DNA from: Entomortierella parvispora E1425
Taxonomy: Eukaryota > Fungi > Mortierellomycota
Assembly: GCA_020891255.1 (NCBI GenBank)
Contig: BQFW01000002.1
Coordinates: 806,001-870,000, forward strand
DNA: 64,000 nt
Reading direction: 5' to 3'
In this document: one piece after another, positions 48,619 through 62,109 of the stretch
How positions within the stretch are numbered: position 1 is the first letter of the stretch
How the letters are laid out: every line of letters starts with the position of its first letter
Notes under the pieces: model-generated
What the model saw: only the letters and a program-made list of their open reading frames with translations
What the model was told of the DNA's origin: nothing
Database searches by the model: none
Program-made: the position numbers and the translations under genes

Positions 48619-49814
48619 AAGGAGAGCATCGATCTAGTGAAGAATGACGATGGCCCGATGTTGTTTGTTGTTTTGTTTGTCAAGCAAGCAGAGCTATCCT
48701 AATATCCATCTGAGAATAATAAAAAAAAACGTCAAAAAAACTCCCCTTTGTTTGTCCATTGTCAACAACTTGCACGAAGGAGGAGGATGTGCCAACAGTT
48801 GACCGTCGATTGCGTCAACAGCAAGGAGAAAAGTGGGAAAACGTGGCCAGGGCTAGTGCAGTACAATATTGTCGGAGGAGGAACAACTGAACAATCCGCT
48901 AGCACCTTAAAGTGATGACTTGCATCTGAAGTACATTTATTTCATGAGCGTCAGGTCAACCGCGCAGGGTAAAATCATGTATCTGTAAGGATGTAAACTG
49001 CATGGCATCCTGCGGTGCTGCAATGCATGTATGTATCCAAGAAACGTTGGATGAAGACTGCACCCTTTTTTTTTCTTCTTCTTCTTTCCCGCACTTTTAT
49101 GATTTACTTCCTCCAAGGCCTCAGAATGCAAGAGCCACATGGCAAGGCAGGAGGCAGGGAGGTGCCACAAGAAAGGCCCTTTTCAGGGTGCTGCGTTACC
49201 TTGAAGCCAAGGAAGGGTGTGGAGCAAAAAAAAAGAGAATTGAGAGCAAGACGCAAACAAAATGAAAAAAAAGATGGTTAAAAGTCCTCCAAGCTGACTG
49301 ACGCCAGGGAGCGAGAACAGAAAGGGAAAAGAAGGGGGGAAAAGGGCAAGCAAGCCAAACAGCCAAACAGCAGAGAGGGTACCGTACCAGCAAAGAAGGT
49401 GCAGCCAGAAGAGAGAAAAAGGCAGAGTGCTCACCTGCAAAACTCAACTTTGTTTCCCGCACATGGTCTCTCTGTTGTGGTTGTGGTTGTTTTTCACTCT
49501 CAAGGTGCAAGTCGAGAAAAAGTGGATCAGACAGAGACGCAGCCTTGCGACGAGTAGGCATGTGCAGCCCATCAGGGAGACTCACGGTAGTGATGGTTGA
49601 AACAGAGAGGACCGACACACCGAGGAGGACATACTGAAGACACATATAAGGCAGCCCAGGTGGAGAGAGAAAGAGAGACGAGCAAAGAGAAGAATGAGAC
49701 AACGTTGTCGAAAAGAACAAAAAAAGTTATGGTTTTCGATCCTCACATTTTTTACAGTTTCCGACAGATGCGAGTCAGCGACGATTTTTTTCGCCTTTTT
49801 CTCCTCAGCTCTCT

Positions 49815-49870
49815 CTCTTTTCTTTCTTTCTTTCTTTCTTTCTTCTTCTTCTTCTTCTTCTTCTTCTTCT
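49815..49870. repeat. (CTTT)n followed by (CTT)n microsatellite
   Basis: Direct reading upstream of the ATG at 49968. Confidence 0.85.
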
Positions 49871-49967
49871 CCATTGTCGTCTTTCTTTTCTCGCTCTCAT
49901 CTTTCTGCACCCTCTTCGTATCCGTATCTCTCTCCTTCCTCCCCTCCCTCTCTCCCTCTCTCCGTCA

Positions 49968-51256
49968 ATGGCATCCATCCGTGCCGCTTCTCCCTCTACT
50001 CATCGCACTCAGCGCTCACTCAGCATGGCTGCAGAAACCAGACGGCCCAGAGATCTTCACGTTCACCACGCTCACCCAACTATTGCCCCTGAATACCTCT
50101 ACAACAGCCCCTCCCCCACCTCTCCCTCGCTCTCCCCACCCTCATCTGCATCTTCCGTCTCTTCTTCTTCCTCGCACATCCACAATATCGCCATTGAGCG
50201 CTCCCTCTTTGGCGAACTCGATCATTTTCAACAACGTCCAGTCCCCGCTTCCTTGGCAGAGCAACGAAAGGAAGCCAGGATTGCACAGCGTCAACGGCGT
50301 GAACAGATCGTGCTCAAGTTGCAACGAGAACAGATCGAGGCCCAGGAAAAGGCCAAGGCCGAGAAGCTGGAGAAACAGCAAGCCAAGATGGAACGCAAGC
50401 AGAAACGTGCAGAACTCGCTGCTGCTTGCCCCGATCTTGACCTCCCCGATCGGGAGCAGCAGCGGTACCGTCTTCAGGATTCTCAACCCTCACCCCTCCC
50501 TGACTTTGCCACTTCATCACAGCACAACAAATCCCTACAGCAACGGTCTTTGCCCATCCACCCATTCACCCCACAGCCTGATGTCCAGTACCATTCGAGC
50601 CAATACTACCATGTGGATGGGGTTGTCTATCAACATTCACATAAAGACCCCTTGGGGCAGCCACAGCATGATGCCCATTCTTCAGCTTCATCCACCACCT
50701 CGACCGCGTCCCGCTCATCTCGCTCAACGCCCGACCGGTTGCGGTCTCTGAGCCTGAAGGGCACCCATAAATCCATGTATGATCTCAGACCATTGCAAGG
50801 CCCCTCGTCACCCACTGTCCCCTCTGTCTATTACGAACAGCAGAGTCCATTCCATCCCCATCATTACGATCAACATTCACCACAAGACCACTACTACCTT
50901 TCTGGGTACGAGAGCGATGAAAACGCATCTTCACGCTCCCATGGGTGGGACTCGTTGATGGATACGCTGCATTCGCCCACAGTCTCATCTCCGTCGGATG
51001 ATAGCTGGGACTCGAGAGATGAGCCCGAGCTGGATCTGATGGATACAATGAGTTCTCTAACAATGTCGCACAACAACGGCAGTGGCAATGGCAAATACCT
51101 TCTTGGTAAGTACTCTTTTTTTTTCTCCTTAGTTTGTGTCCCCACTTTTCTTCATCGTCCTCCCCACCCATCTCTACAGTCAAATCTTTGCACCATCGTA
51201 TGTACGCAATGTACTTTTCTGGCGAAAACTCGAAAGTGGGCTCATATCCAAAGTGA
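49968..51256 (+). CDS. Hypothetical protein (Ser/Pro-rich, charged coiled coil), 2 exons
   Basis: Long ORF from 49968 with LAEQRKEARIAQRQRREQIVLKLQREQIEAQEKAKAEKLEKQQAK. Donor gtaagt near 51107 and acceptor ctacag at 51179 give the C-terminus GKYLLVKSLHHRMYAMYFSGENSKVGSYPK, ending at TGA 51254-51256. Confidence 0.7.
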
Positions 51257-51440
51257 AAGAGCGACAGAAAGTAAACGTTTTCTGGGCTTGTTGCATGCGC
51301 AATTGGCCATTTGTTGCGCTAACAGCGCTACCCTTGCGTCTTGAGAGGCTTGCGCCGCTGAGTAATAACAGGGGGGTAAAACAAGGCGGCTTGGGCATGG
51401 TTCCACCGTGGGCAAACACACCCCACAAACACACGTAGCG

Positions 51441-52712
51441 ATGAGCAACCAACAGGAGGCAGAGGGCGGAATGACGATCGACATTATATCCGCTCACCCA
51501 ATGACGCATCGCCGCCCGTCCCCTCCCCTCTCGCTCGCTGCCGCTGTCCCACGTTTTGTATCACGCAACGCGATAATGCAATTCAGCGGCGCCCAATTGC
51601 CTGCTGGCCACTTGTCTCAAACGTCCCTTTTTGCCCTAGTGCTTCCGCCGATTTAGCCGCCACCAATCTATCCCTCCTCTCTAATCTCGATATCCTTTTT
51701 ATTTTCTCCTAGTTCTCGGTGCCAATGGCAGGACAGGGATCGAGTTGGTCAAGCAGGGCCTCGAGCGCAACTATCGAGTCACTGCCTTTGTTCGGGATGA
51801 CAAGGTGCTGTTGGAAGACAGCTCTTTGCGCAAAAACCAAAACCTGCTCATTGTCCGCGGTTCGCCCACGTCCCAAGCGGACCTGGATCGATGTGTCGAG
51901 GGTCAGGATGTTGTTGTCAATGTTATTGGGGTATGTCATCTGATCCATATTTGTCCCATTTTTTTTATTTCTTTTTTTGGCTGTGTCATATTGTTCTTGG
52001 TCCGTTCTCTGCTGCATGCATGTGCCGCCTTCTCTTTGTTTGTTCGACGGGGGCACAATCAATCAAAGCTCCGCCTTGCATCGTTTTGCTGTGCGAGACA
52101 TCGCCTCTTGTCTTACAATCCCTATCTTGATTATGCAACATCGATACTCATCCTCTTTCTCATCTCTAAAACTAGGCGCGACTCATGGCTAACGACACGA
52201 CCATCAGCTCCCACTCACAAGTGATCTTGAACAATGCCATGAAGAAGCATGGTGTGCGTCGACTGATCGTTGTCACCTCGTATGGATGCCTTGGTTTGCG
52301 GAACTACCTGATCAGCACACGCAGACTCTTTTCTCGTGTCTTTATGACCGGCATCCTCAAGGACAAGGTGTTGCAGGAGGACATTATCCAGCGGGACAGT
52401 GAACATCTGGACTGGACCATCGTTCGACCCATCACTCTCAAGGACGGTGACCTCTCTGAGAAATACTGGGTCAGCTCAGAGGCTCTGCCCAAAACCAACA
52501 AGGTCAAGGTCCTGACGCGCAAAGATCTGGCTCACTACATCTTGACCATCATCAACCAGAAGCAACAACACCAAATGATCCGAAGCATCGCAGGCAAGCC
52601 CAAGCCAAGCAAGCCCAACCCGTTCTGTCCCTTTGAACGGAAAAAGATGGAGTTGACTCGACAGCAAGAGCTCGAACTGGAAAAGCAAATGACAAAAACA
52701 AAAACTTTTTAA
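51441..52712 (+). CDS. NAD(P)-binding Rossmann protein, atypical SDR (flavin reductase / biliverdin reductase B-like); start codon uncertain
   Basis: After an acceptor near 51712: LGANGRTGIELVKQGLERNYRVTAFVR (GxxGxxG), GQDVVVNVIG, AMKKHGVRRLIVVTSYG and LDWTIVRPITL. The first exon was not fixed with certainty. Confidence 0.8.
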
Positions 52713-53563
52713 CCTCAACCCTCAACCCGCAGAACTGGCTCCGACCCTTTGCTAAAAAAAAACACGCGCACACACATGCAACACACAAACCCCGGGTTCT
52801 GCAGCAAGCTTACCTCAGATCCCTTCATCTATTACATAGTACCTCTCTCTTCATTAATCGCATTCTTTCCCTATCTGTCATTCCTCCCCTGTATTTCACA
52901 ATTGTAATCATACTGATAAATAAAAACCATGACCGAACATCTGCATCATGATACCGAGATCACTAACTGCCTCCCCTGAGGACGGAAAAGGGGCAAGAAA
53001 GTCGGTAAAGAACGGAGGGAGACGGGTAGTGGGATGGCCTTCGGACGAGAAGTAGACATGAAGAACAATAGACCCTGCCAAGAAAACGCATTAAACTTTC
53101 TCCCTTTTTGTATAGTTGAGGTGTCTTGGACTCTGGGACCCTGGGCGTCAACCTTGGAAGCAGGGATCTCCTTGATGTTGTTTGGGAAATCTCAAATCTC
53201 TCTGTATTTGAAAGAACCTCGTTTGTGGCACTGGCTTGCGATTGGTAATCAAACCGTTGGCCGAGCCCACAATCTAAAGGGGTAAAGGGGTAACAAGGCT
53301 GAATCAAAGTGGCTTGTCGTTCATCGAGTCCAACAGTGGTGGTGGGTGGGCCCATGCTCACCGCCTGAATTACTATGAAGAACGGCTCCATCAGTCTGTG
53401 TGGAAGGCGCAACTTGAAAGAAACTTCAAGGCACAGAGAGACAAGACTTGATCAGAATGCTCTCTCATCTTCTTTCTGTCTTTTTTTTTCTGGCTATCAA
53501 TCCTCCTCTGAAGCATAAAAGTGCCCTTGCGCCTAAGCATGCAAGCTAAGGCAGTCGGCTTGG

Positions 53564-53565
<2 letters not shown>

Positions 53566-53593
<28 letters not shown>
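53566..53593. repeat. Poly-A tract (~28 nt)
   Basis: Direct reading; one of many homopolymer tracts in the window. Confidence 0.85.
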
Positions 53594-53595
<2 letters not shown>

Positions 53596-54440
53596 GCACA
53601 AAGAAAACCTTCGTGGTTTTTTTGGTGCGACACGGACCTTTCGTGTTTGTGGTTGGCCGCTGTATTTAAAGAGCTGGACATGCTCGCTCCTCTGGCCTTA
53701 TTCTTTTTCCTTTTCAACACTGCCCTCCTCTCTCGGCCCACTCCTCCCTCCTTCCAAGACGATGCACCAGTTCCCTGACTTGGGCTGAATCTGTTCTGCG
53801 TTTTGTTGACTTTTTTTTTCCTTTGTTTTTTCTTTACACATTGTGTCTTTTTTTCTTCCCCCAAAACCCCTGACCATTCCTGTTTTCCCACCTTTCTCTC
53901 TGTCTCTCTCAGGTACAATGTATTTGTTCTTTCAGTCCCCTTTGTTGTTTTTGTTCACTTTGATCATGAGTTTCCGCGGAAGAATCAAGTTGCTTTTCTT
54001 ATGAACACTGGACCTTATAAATTTCCGTGTTCTTGCGCGGATCCAAAACAAATCCAAAGATTCGTCAATTGGCGCCATCCTTGCGCTGAGGCTGTGTGTT
54101 CTCGATCTAGACGCGCGTTCCTACACAAAGTCAAAATACAACACGACTCGCCCGAAAAAAAATCGGGGAGACCAACAGCCCAAAAGAGAGAAAGGACCTT
54201 CGGACAAAAAAGATTACCTTATTGGCATTAAGAATGCTTGCTTCGCCACAAAGCCTTCCAGTTTTCGTCATGGCGCCTCCAGCTCTCCAATTGCTTCTTA
54301 CTGTTGCTTTGCATCTGTATAAGAAAGGATGAAAGCACGTTTCCTGTTCGCTACAATCACAAACTGACATTGTCTCCTTTACTTCGGATCCTACAGGATT
54401 TACATCACTCGATTCTACTTCGGCACCAATATCAATCGAC

Positions 54441-57400
54441 ATGGATCCAAGAACCGAGTTGGCCGATTGGGCTGCCAAGCGCAAGAGAGACCCTTCAATA
54501 CTCGTCCGAGAACTTCAAAAGGACATCATTGCATCGCCTTTGATTGCAGATCCAGCTTTTGGCCAAAAAAAATCCATCTACACAGATTTTTTCGCTTCAT
54601 CCAAGCCTCTAAAGAGGTTTGAGACGATTATGATGGAAAAGGTCTTGCCTTTCTATGCCAACACGCACACCTCCACCACCTCCACTTCCAAATGCACCTC
54701 ATCAAGCGTGAAAAAGGCCAGGGAAACCGTGGCTCGCTGCACGAATGCGATTTCGACCGTTGGACATCAGCATCAGGCAGCTGTCATCTTTAGTGGGTAA
54801 GCCTTCCATTGCAGTTGAGATATTGGACATTCAAATGAAGAATGTGTTTTGGGGGGAGGGGAAAGGGACTCGAGATGAGAATTCATCAGGAACGTGAGAA
54901 AGGCTAAAGGTTGAGGGCAGCCTTGAACCACACCTTTAAACAGCAGCCTTGTTATGGCTCATGGAGTCTGGGTCGCCGATCTTTTACTCGATTTACTTTC
55001 TCCTCGGACAACTTTTTGTTCTCAACTTCTGTATCATTGTCCGCATTTGCTTTCTCGCTAGCGATGGCTCTACATCGGCCATTAACAAAATTCGCAATGT
55101 CTTCCGCCTCGGTGATGAAGCTTACTGGATTCGAAGGGTCCCCCAAGACACGATCGACTTGAACTTGCGGACGCTTGCCGACGAGAGCTCATCCAAACAA
55201 CCCATCCACTGCGCTCCCACATCCATCTCGTTTGCGAACAATCCGAAACAACAATCCCATCCTGCCACTTGCAGCTCTCCTTCGTGTTTTCTTCCAGACC
55301 AATATCGACCTGTCGTCTTCATCTCGATTCAGGAACACCACTCCAACCTCCTGCCCTGGCGTGAGAGTTGCGCGGATGTGATTGTTGTCCCCGAGACCTC
55401 TTGTGGCGAGTTGGACCTTGTTTTCCTGGAAGAGCAATTGATCCAACATCAACATCGACCTTTGAAACTTGGCTCTTTTTCTGCTGGAAGCAACCTCACT
55501 GGTGTCTTGGTAAGGTGTCTCGACCGTGCCCCTTCAAATTCCTCATGCATTCTGGGTGAAGATTTTTGTGGCACCATCCCTTCCCCTGCCCCGATCCCAC
55601 CTGCAAAGAACCACAAACAATCCTGCTTGGACTAACTCCGGTTTCTTTTTTTTTTTTTTTTTTTTTTAGAATGATACTGTCGCCATCTCAGAACTTCTGC
55701 ACAAGTACGGCGCCTTTGCGTTTTATGATTACGCTGGCGTAGGACCCTACACAACCGTCGACATGAACCCCGCTCCCTCTTGCGTGTCCTCAGCACCCAA
55801 CACTCCAAACCTTGCTTACAAGGATGGCGTCTTTCTCTCAATTCACAAATTCCTGGGTGGCCCTGGGGCCTCTGGTATCTTGGTCGCTCGACTAGAAGTC
55901 TTTTCGTGGACGGAAAAGAACAGAGGCCCTTCACTGAGATCCGTCTCGCCTTCATCAAAGTCTGGCTCGCGCTCGTCAACCGGCACGAGCATGTCTGTCA
56001 CGTCCAAGTCCTCGTTGTCATTGTCATCTCTGTCGTCGGTCGACTCTATGGACAAGAGTGAATGGCTCCCCACCAATCCGGGAGGGGGCACGGTCGACAT
56101 GGTGATTCAGGGTCGCCATAAATACACCAACAATATCCTAGCACGCGAAGAGGCAGGAACACCCAACATTCTGGCGACGATCCGCACCGGACTCGTTTTT
56201 AGTCTTCAAGAGATCATTCGTCCGACTTTTGTTCTCCAAGAGGAATACAGGCTCGCCAAAAAAGTTTTGGCCAGGTTGTTGGATCCGGCTTTGGATGGAG
56301 CCATCAATGTTCTAGGCAATCCCAGCGCTGATCGTGTTGCCGTCTTCAGCTTGACGATTGCAGTACCAAGGAATGTCACGATCAGGGATGACGGTGGTGA
56401 AGGACTTCGACTGCAGATCCACTACGCGCTACTGAGCACGCTGATGAACGATTTCTTTGGGATTGAAATGCGAGGAGGCTGCATGTGTGCCGGCCCTTAC
56501 GCGTCTCAGCTCTTGAAGTTTGATGCCGAGAAGGAAATCAAGTTTTGGAACCTCTTGCTCGGAAAGGACCTTCCTCGACACACCAATACTCTAGACGTCG
56601 AGGAGAATGGCCATTCGACTCTCAGCAGCGACACTGTGAGCTATGGAGACAGGGAAAGAAAGACCAACATTCACCAACAGGACCTCTGCTCAAAGAGTCT
56701 CAAGCCCGGGTTTGTCCGGTTTAGCTTTTCTTATTTTACCAAGGACAAGGATGTCGACTTTGTGATTCGATCTCTAGAATGGATGGCTCGCTATGGATAT
56801 CTGCTCGTCCCACTATATAAAGTGGACGCGTCTTCAGGAGAATGGTCTGTCCGCCCAGCCGTTCGGCGTGCGGTGCTGGCCGAAATCTCACCCAAACGAT
56901 TGCGCAACGCGTCTCGCGAGAGCTGTATCCCAGTCGCGGTCGATTGTATCCGTGCCCTGGCTCGTCTTTTTCAGGATCAGCACGCAACGCAACAGGGACT
57001 TGAAGTGAATGGTGCCGAATCCACGATGCATCAACCAAATGACTCTACTGCTCTAGATCCTAACGCGATGGAGGACACCAGCGACGTTGGGCCACACACC
57101 TTCCAATCACGCTTACAACCAAACTCGAGGGGTCGTACATCGACACGACTTTCAAACTCTGTCAGACAAGCAAAACGTTCAGTGAGCTCGGTCTTCAGCA
57201 ATGTCCGGTCTATGGCATCAACCATCTCTATCCCGTCTTTTGCCGCCTCGACACGAATGGATAGGGGCCACCCAGTCTCGTCAGAGTATCTGGCATCGCC
57301 ATTCAATGTGACAGTACCTTCCCTTGAGAATATTGCCGAGCATTCTCACGCGGATCTCACCAGTTTGAACGGCAATGACAGTGCCCGCTTCCCTTCATCC

Positions 57401-57874
57401 ATTGGGCTGCCTTACTGTAACCTGCCCACGTCATCGTCAGATCTCTCGTCGCTCAATTCAGAGATCGATGCAAACAACCACCATAAGAAGGGATATCCAC
57501 ACCCTTCTTCCCAGGCCTTGGCAACCCCACCAACAACGCCTCCTCCAAGCGGTCCCTATTCTTTCGCAGGGGCTCAACCTTCAACATTCACAATAGGCAC
57601 ATCCAAAGGTATTCGACCTTCAGTGACCAAAGATACAGCCGTTTCAGCTACGACTGTGCCACCAGGCGGTTCATTTGCAGCTCGGAAAACCCGACCCAAG
57701 GATCCACAGATATGGGCCAGCGCACTCCAAGAGCTGGGATGGGACAAGTTGGAGCAAGAATTGAAGTCGATCGAGACAAGTCCTTTGACCAAAGAGTTGC
57801 GCTGGTTCGTGACGCCATTGGAGGTAGCACGCGTCTATGCGAGAGAAGTTGAGGCTGTGTCGTCACTGTCGTAG
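54441..57874 (+). CDS. Aminotransferase class-V fold PLP enzyme, cysteine desulfurase/sulfurase-like, multi-exon
   Basis: IYTDFFAS, PFYANTHT, VIFSG|DGSTSAINK, QEHHSNLLPWRE, FSAGSNLTG, PLP lysine motif SIHKFLGGPG, REEAGTPNI, MRGGCMCAGPY and KPGFVRFSF. Confidence 0.88.
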
Positions 57875-58387
57875 TCGCCATCGTCTGGCCTGACTGTGTT
57901 TCCGCTACGAGATGGACCTATTACGATTAATGATAATGAACATACAAAACGAAAAAAAAAAAAAAAATGTAGGTGCTACCCACGTGATCTGTCCAACTTC
58001 TACAGTGTGCACGCGACGCAGAACGACGAGCTCCATGGCTCGAGAGGAGGCACATGTTGAGGATGGACCACACAGAGACAGGCAAACAGGAAATGGGGGA
58101 TGCGCATAGGTCGCCACAGATGGTGACAACAACAACAAAAAGAAAGGATGAACAGCAGTCTGTCACATGACAGCGGGGGGGACATGGGATGGACATGATT
58201 GAAATCCTTTTTTTTTGTGTTCTTTCTCTCTTTCTCTGTCGGCTCTCTCTCTCTTCTTTCATTCCTCTCTCTCTCTTGGCCCATCTTTCTCATCCTCTCA
58301 TCCCTCTTCTTTCTCTCTTTCTCTCTCCGTCTCTCCATCCCTCCATCTCTTCCTCCCCTCCATCCTCCTCCATACAACGCAACCACC

Positions 58388-59327
58388 ATGAAGATCTTTG
58401 CCATCTCTGTTGTCCGCAACAACGTCAAGCCCGCCAAGACCATCGTCGATGAGAAGGACTTGGCCAGCTTCAGCTACTTTCAGCGCTCGAGGTACTGGCC
58501 GGACACACACTCATCGCCATCCTCCTGCACCGCATCCATCCCCTTCTCCTCCTTCCCTTTCTCCCTCTTTCCCTTCTCTGTTCCCCGTCTTCTGTCTCCT
58601 CGTCATTCCACCCCTCCATGATGGCCAAAAGGAGAACACACACACAAAAAAAACGTGGCAGTGACTGACTGGGCGATGTAAACCTGCATTATAAATAGCA
58701 TCGGCGAATTCATGACATTCATGTCACAGACCATTGCCGAAAAGACCCAGCCCGGTCAGCGTCAGAGCATTGAAGAGTCCAGTAAGACGATCGGCCTCTC
58801 CAAATGAATGCTTTTGTGATACCTGCCACCGTCCATCATCCCCAAGCGGATGACGCTTCTTTTTCTTTGGTCTGACCTCATCTTTTTTTCCACAATGTTT
58901 TTTTTTGTTATCATTGTTAGACTATGTCGGACACGTTTATGGACGCAGTGAGGGAGTTGCAGGAGTGGTCATCACGGACAAGGAATATCCTCCTCGTGTG
59001 GCCTTCTCGTTGTTGAACAAGATTTTGGACGAGTTCACGACAAAGTACCCCAACAGCGCACTCTGGTCCAACCCTGGTCAATGCCCCTACCCCGAGTTGA
59101 AGCAGTACATTGTGACTTACCAGGATCCCAAGCAAGGAGATACGATCATGAAGGTCCAGCGGGAATTGGACGAGACCAAGATCATCCTGCACAAGACGAT
59201 CGAGTCGGTGCTGGAGCGTGGTGAGAAGATGGAGAGTTTGGTGGAGCGTTCGGATGTGCTTTCGAGTCAGTCAAAGATGTTTTACAAGACGGCCAAGAAG
59301 CAGAACGCATGCTGTGTGATCTGCTAA
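58388..59327 (+). CDS. YKT6: Longin R-SNARE YKT6, 3 exons
   Basis: MKIFAISV..DLASFSYFQRS, IGEFMTFMSQTIAEKTQPGQRQSIEE, DKEYPPRVAF, MKVQRELDETKIILHKTIESVLERGEK and C-terminal CCVIC (CAAX plus palmitoylation Cys). Confidence 0.96.
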
Positions 59328-59541
59328 AGGACACGTTGTAGCAGGAAGCAACAGAGGATGACTGACTATTCTGTGCTCGATCGGCAATGGCCACAAAAGT
59401 CGACACGACCACAAACATAATAAAAAGGGATACCGTAATATTTGGTGGCAAAATCACCACTCCGAAAAAAAAAGAAAAAAGTGCCACCAGTTCATGCATC
59501 GCCATCCATCTTTCTCAACTTGCTCCACTCCACCCCGCATC

Positions 59542-61423
59542 ATGACGCGACTCAGCAAAAGCGACAACAATACCCTTCGAGGACAGGAATGGCGTCTGAT
59601 GAAGGCATCCGGTTCGGGCTCATTGCCTTCATTCTCAACATCGGCATCCCTGCTGTCGCTCGCCGTTGACCAGCACGAGCTCTCTGAAAAATATCAACAT
59701 GACACGTTCTTGATCAAGACGTTCTTTGCTGCAACAGAAAAGTACTATCTCGTACTGCTGACCAACTTTAAGCAGTGCTGGTTTGAGAAACTGGAGCTGG
59801 AAGGAATTCGGAACCGATCCATGGTACCCTTCTTTTTTTTTCTTTTTTTTTTTTTTTTTTTTTTGAATTATTTTATTTCATTTTTTTTTTCACTTTAATG
59901 CCATCCTGGTCACCCACCTAACCAGGTTTGCTTTGCTGGATGGTTGACAGAGTATAAAAAGTTTTGCCCATGACGAGGACTCTCAGTTGGAAGCCCTGCT
60001 ACTCTCCATCTCGGAAACATTTTCCGATGCACAGGCGGCGAAAGAAGGCTCGGATACTGTCTCGTCGCAACGTCAACTTCATGAACGGAACGGCAAGGTA
60101 ACCGACCGGTCTAGCATTGGTCTCGATGATAACGCACCGTAGAATGTGTTTGTTCTGTCACCCTAACGGTTACTCTGGGTAGAATAGCTTTATCTCACGA
60201 TTGGATTCAATTTTGGATTGGCTACAGTTCAGTGGGAATTCAACCTGTCGCCCTTATTGGCCTCTACATCGGATCGCCCATTGACTACCACCAGAACAGA
60301 GAGTCATCGTGCAAAGAACAGTGCTACAGACAATGGCGAAGATGACGACAACCACGACGACGAAGACCTCCTTTCGTTGCTCCGTGGCAATCGTAATTCC
60401 AACAAGGGCAAGCAGGGACTGAAGAGAGGACACCAACTTTTGGAAGATGATGATGAAGTGGACAGAGAAATCGAGACAGGACCTGTCAAAGGCGTAGATG
60501 GCATGTCTGTCCTGTTTGACCATGTGGTGTTGCCACTCATCTCTTTGACCAATGTCTATCGGAAACAAGTCAGGGCCCAAGAGGCCGTGATCAAGGCCAA
60601 GGAAAACGAGGTGTATGAGGCGCTTGAAATCTTGGAGTTGAGTGGAATCAATCATAGGAACCGACGGAGGGCTACAGAGCCCCACCAAAAGGGCGCCGCA
60701 GAGGCAAAAGTGCAATCGGTAATGCTATGCTCACTCTCTACAGCGGAATGGCATCTGCATTCAAGGCCTAACATCTTTGATCACATCTATTATACTGCAG
60801 GATATCGAATTGCTGGTCAGACCGCAGTTGTATGGACCTACAGAGCTGTTTGGAGAAAAGACGATAGCACATCTATGCTCGATAGTGACAAAAAATGCCG
60901 TTGAAGGTACCTGATCGATCCCAGTGCAAATCAAAAGACAATGTTTGCTCTCCTTGATGGTTGACCAACTGTTATTTTCGCCCGCCTACTTCATTTAGCC
61001 CCTGGACGCCCTTCAGTATCAGCGTTTCTCTTGGATCGAGATACACTCTCAAACGACATGGGACAGCCTAGCCTTACTGCTCGTGGTTCAGGACCAGGAT
61101 CGGCCGATGCTGCAACATTACAGCTATCAATAGATTCAGCCACTATACCCCTTTCGGTCTCTGCCAATTCCGTCGATGCAGAAACGGGAGATGGCAAGGG
61201 CAGGAAGGTATGTCTCTCCCCCAACAACAAAAAAAAAAAAAGGTCCTAGAATCACGCCTGCTAACTGGCCCATTTCCGCCTCACCTATCTATTACAACTA
61301 TCACCCGCATTGTAGTTGACAAAGCAGGAGGAAGAGGAGGAAAACAGGCGCATTCTCTGGGAGAAGCTGGACAAGGAGAGAGCAGAAAAGGCGCGCGCGG
61401 GCAAAAAGAAGAAGCTGTTCTAA
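59542..61423 (+). CDS. XLF/Cernunnos (Nej1-like) non-homologous end-joining factor, multi-exon
   Basis: N-terminal LRGQEWRLM, head domain FLIKTFF..YYLVLLTNFKQCWFEKL and QWEFNLSPL, coiled coil LFDHVVLPLISL..QEAVIKAKENEV. Terminal exon 61317-61423 ends RAGKKKKLF*, resembling the XLF C-terminal Ku-binding motif. Confidence 0.78.
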
Positions 61424-61622
61424 TTTGTTTATTTCCAATCATGGTTGGAAATAAGCCCGCATTCTCTCGGGATTTGTGATCAACATGGACGAGGGCCCGA
61501 TTTCTTTTCACCTTCCCCATTGTTGTCTTCATCTTCATTCCATCGCCCACGCACCTTTCCATCCGGCACTCCATACCACCATAGTTCAACATTGATAATA
61601 CTCTCAAAACATAAACAACAAA

Positions 61623-62109
61623 ATGGCCTCCATTCTTTCCCTCGCCCGCACCACTGCTCGCACCAGCACCTCGTCTGCCTTCCGTCTCTTCTCCACCACC
61701 CGTGCCTCCTTCAACAGCATCGTCTCCTCCACTCCCCCTGCCAGCCTCAACGACGGCGAGAAGCACCTGTATGGCAAACTCTTTGAGGCCTTCCAGCCCT
61801 CCAAGCTTGTTGTCGAGGATATCTCTGGTACATACTCCCTCTTTGGCGTCTGATTCAATGCAATGTCCCCTGTTTCAATATCTTTTTAAAAATTAACGCC
61901 ACTCTCTCTCTCACTCTCTCTCTATCTCTCTCGTTCTCTCTTTCGGGCAATTGCTAGGTGGATGCGGATCCATGTACCAGGTGGAGGTCGTGAGCGCATC
62001 CTTCAAGAACTTGAACATGGTCAAGCAACACCGCCTCGTGAACGAGGCCCTGAAGGAAGAGATCAAGGCCATGCACGGAATCCGTTTGACTACCAAGGCT
62101 TCTGCTTAG
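61623..62109 (+). CDS. BOL3: Mitochondrial BolA3-type protein, 2 exons
   Basis: Arg/Ser/Thr-rich presequence, then LNDGEKHLYGKL..VEDISG|GCGSMYQVEVVS..FK..MVKQHRLVNEALKEEIKAMHGIRLTT. Confidence 0.9.

Noticed and set aside
53030-53450. Higher-complexity, coding-looking intergenic segment
   Set aside because: All frames are interrupted by stops, with no usable splice sites or recognisable motif.
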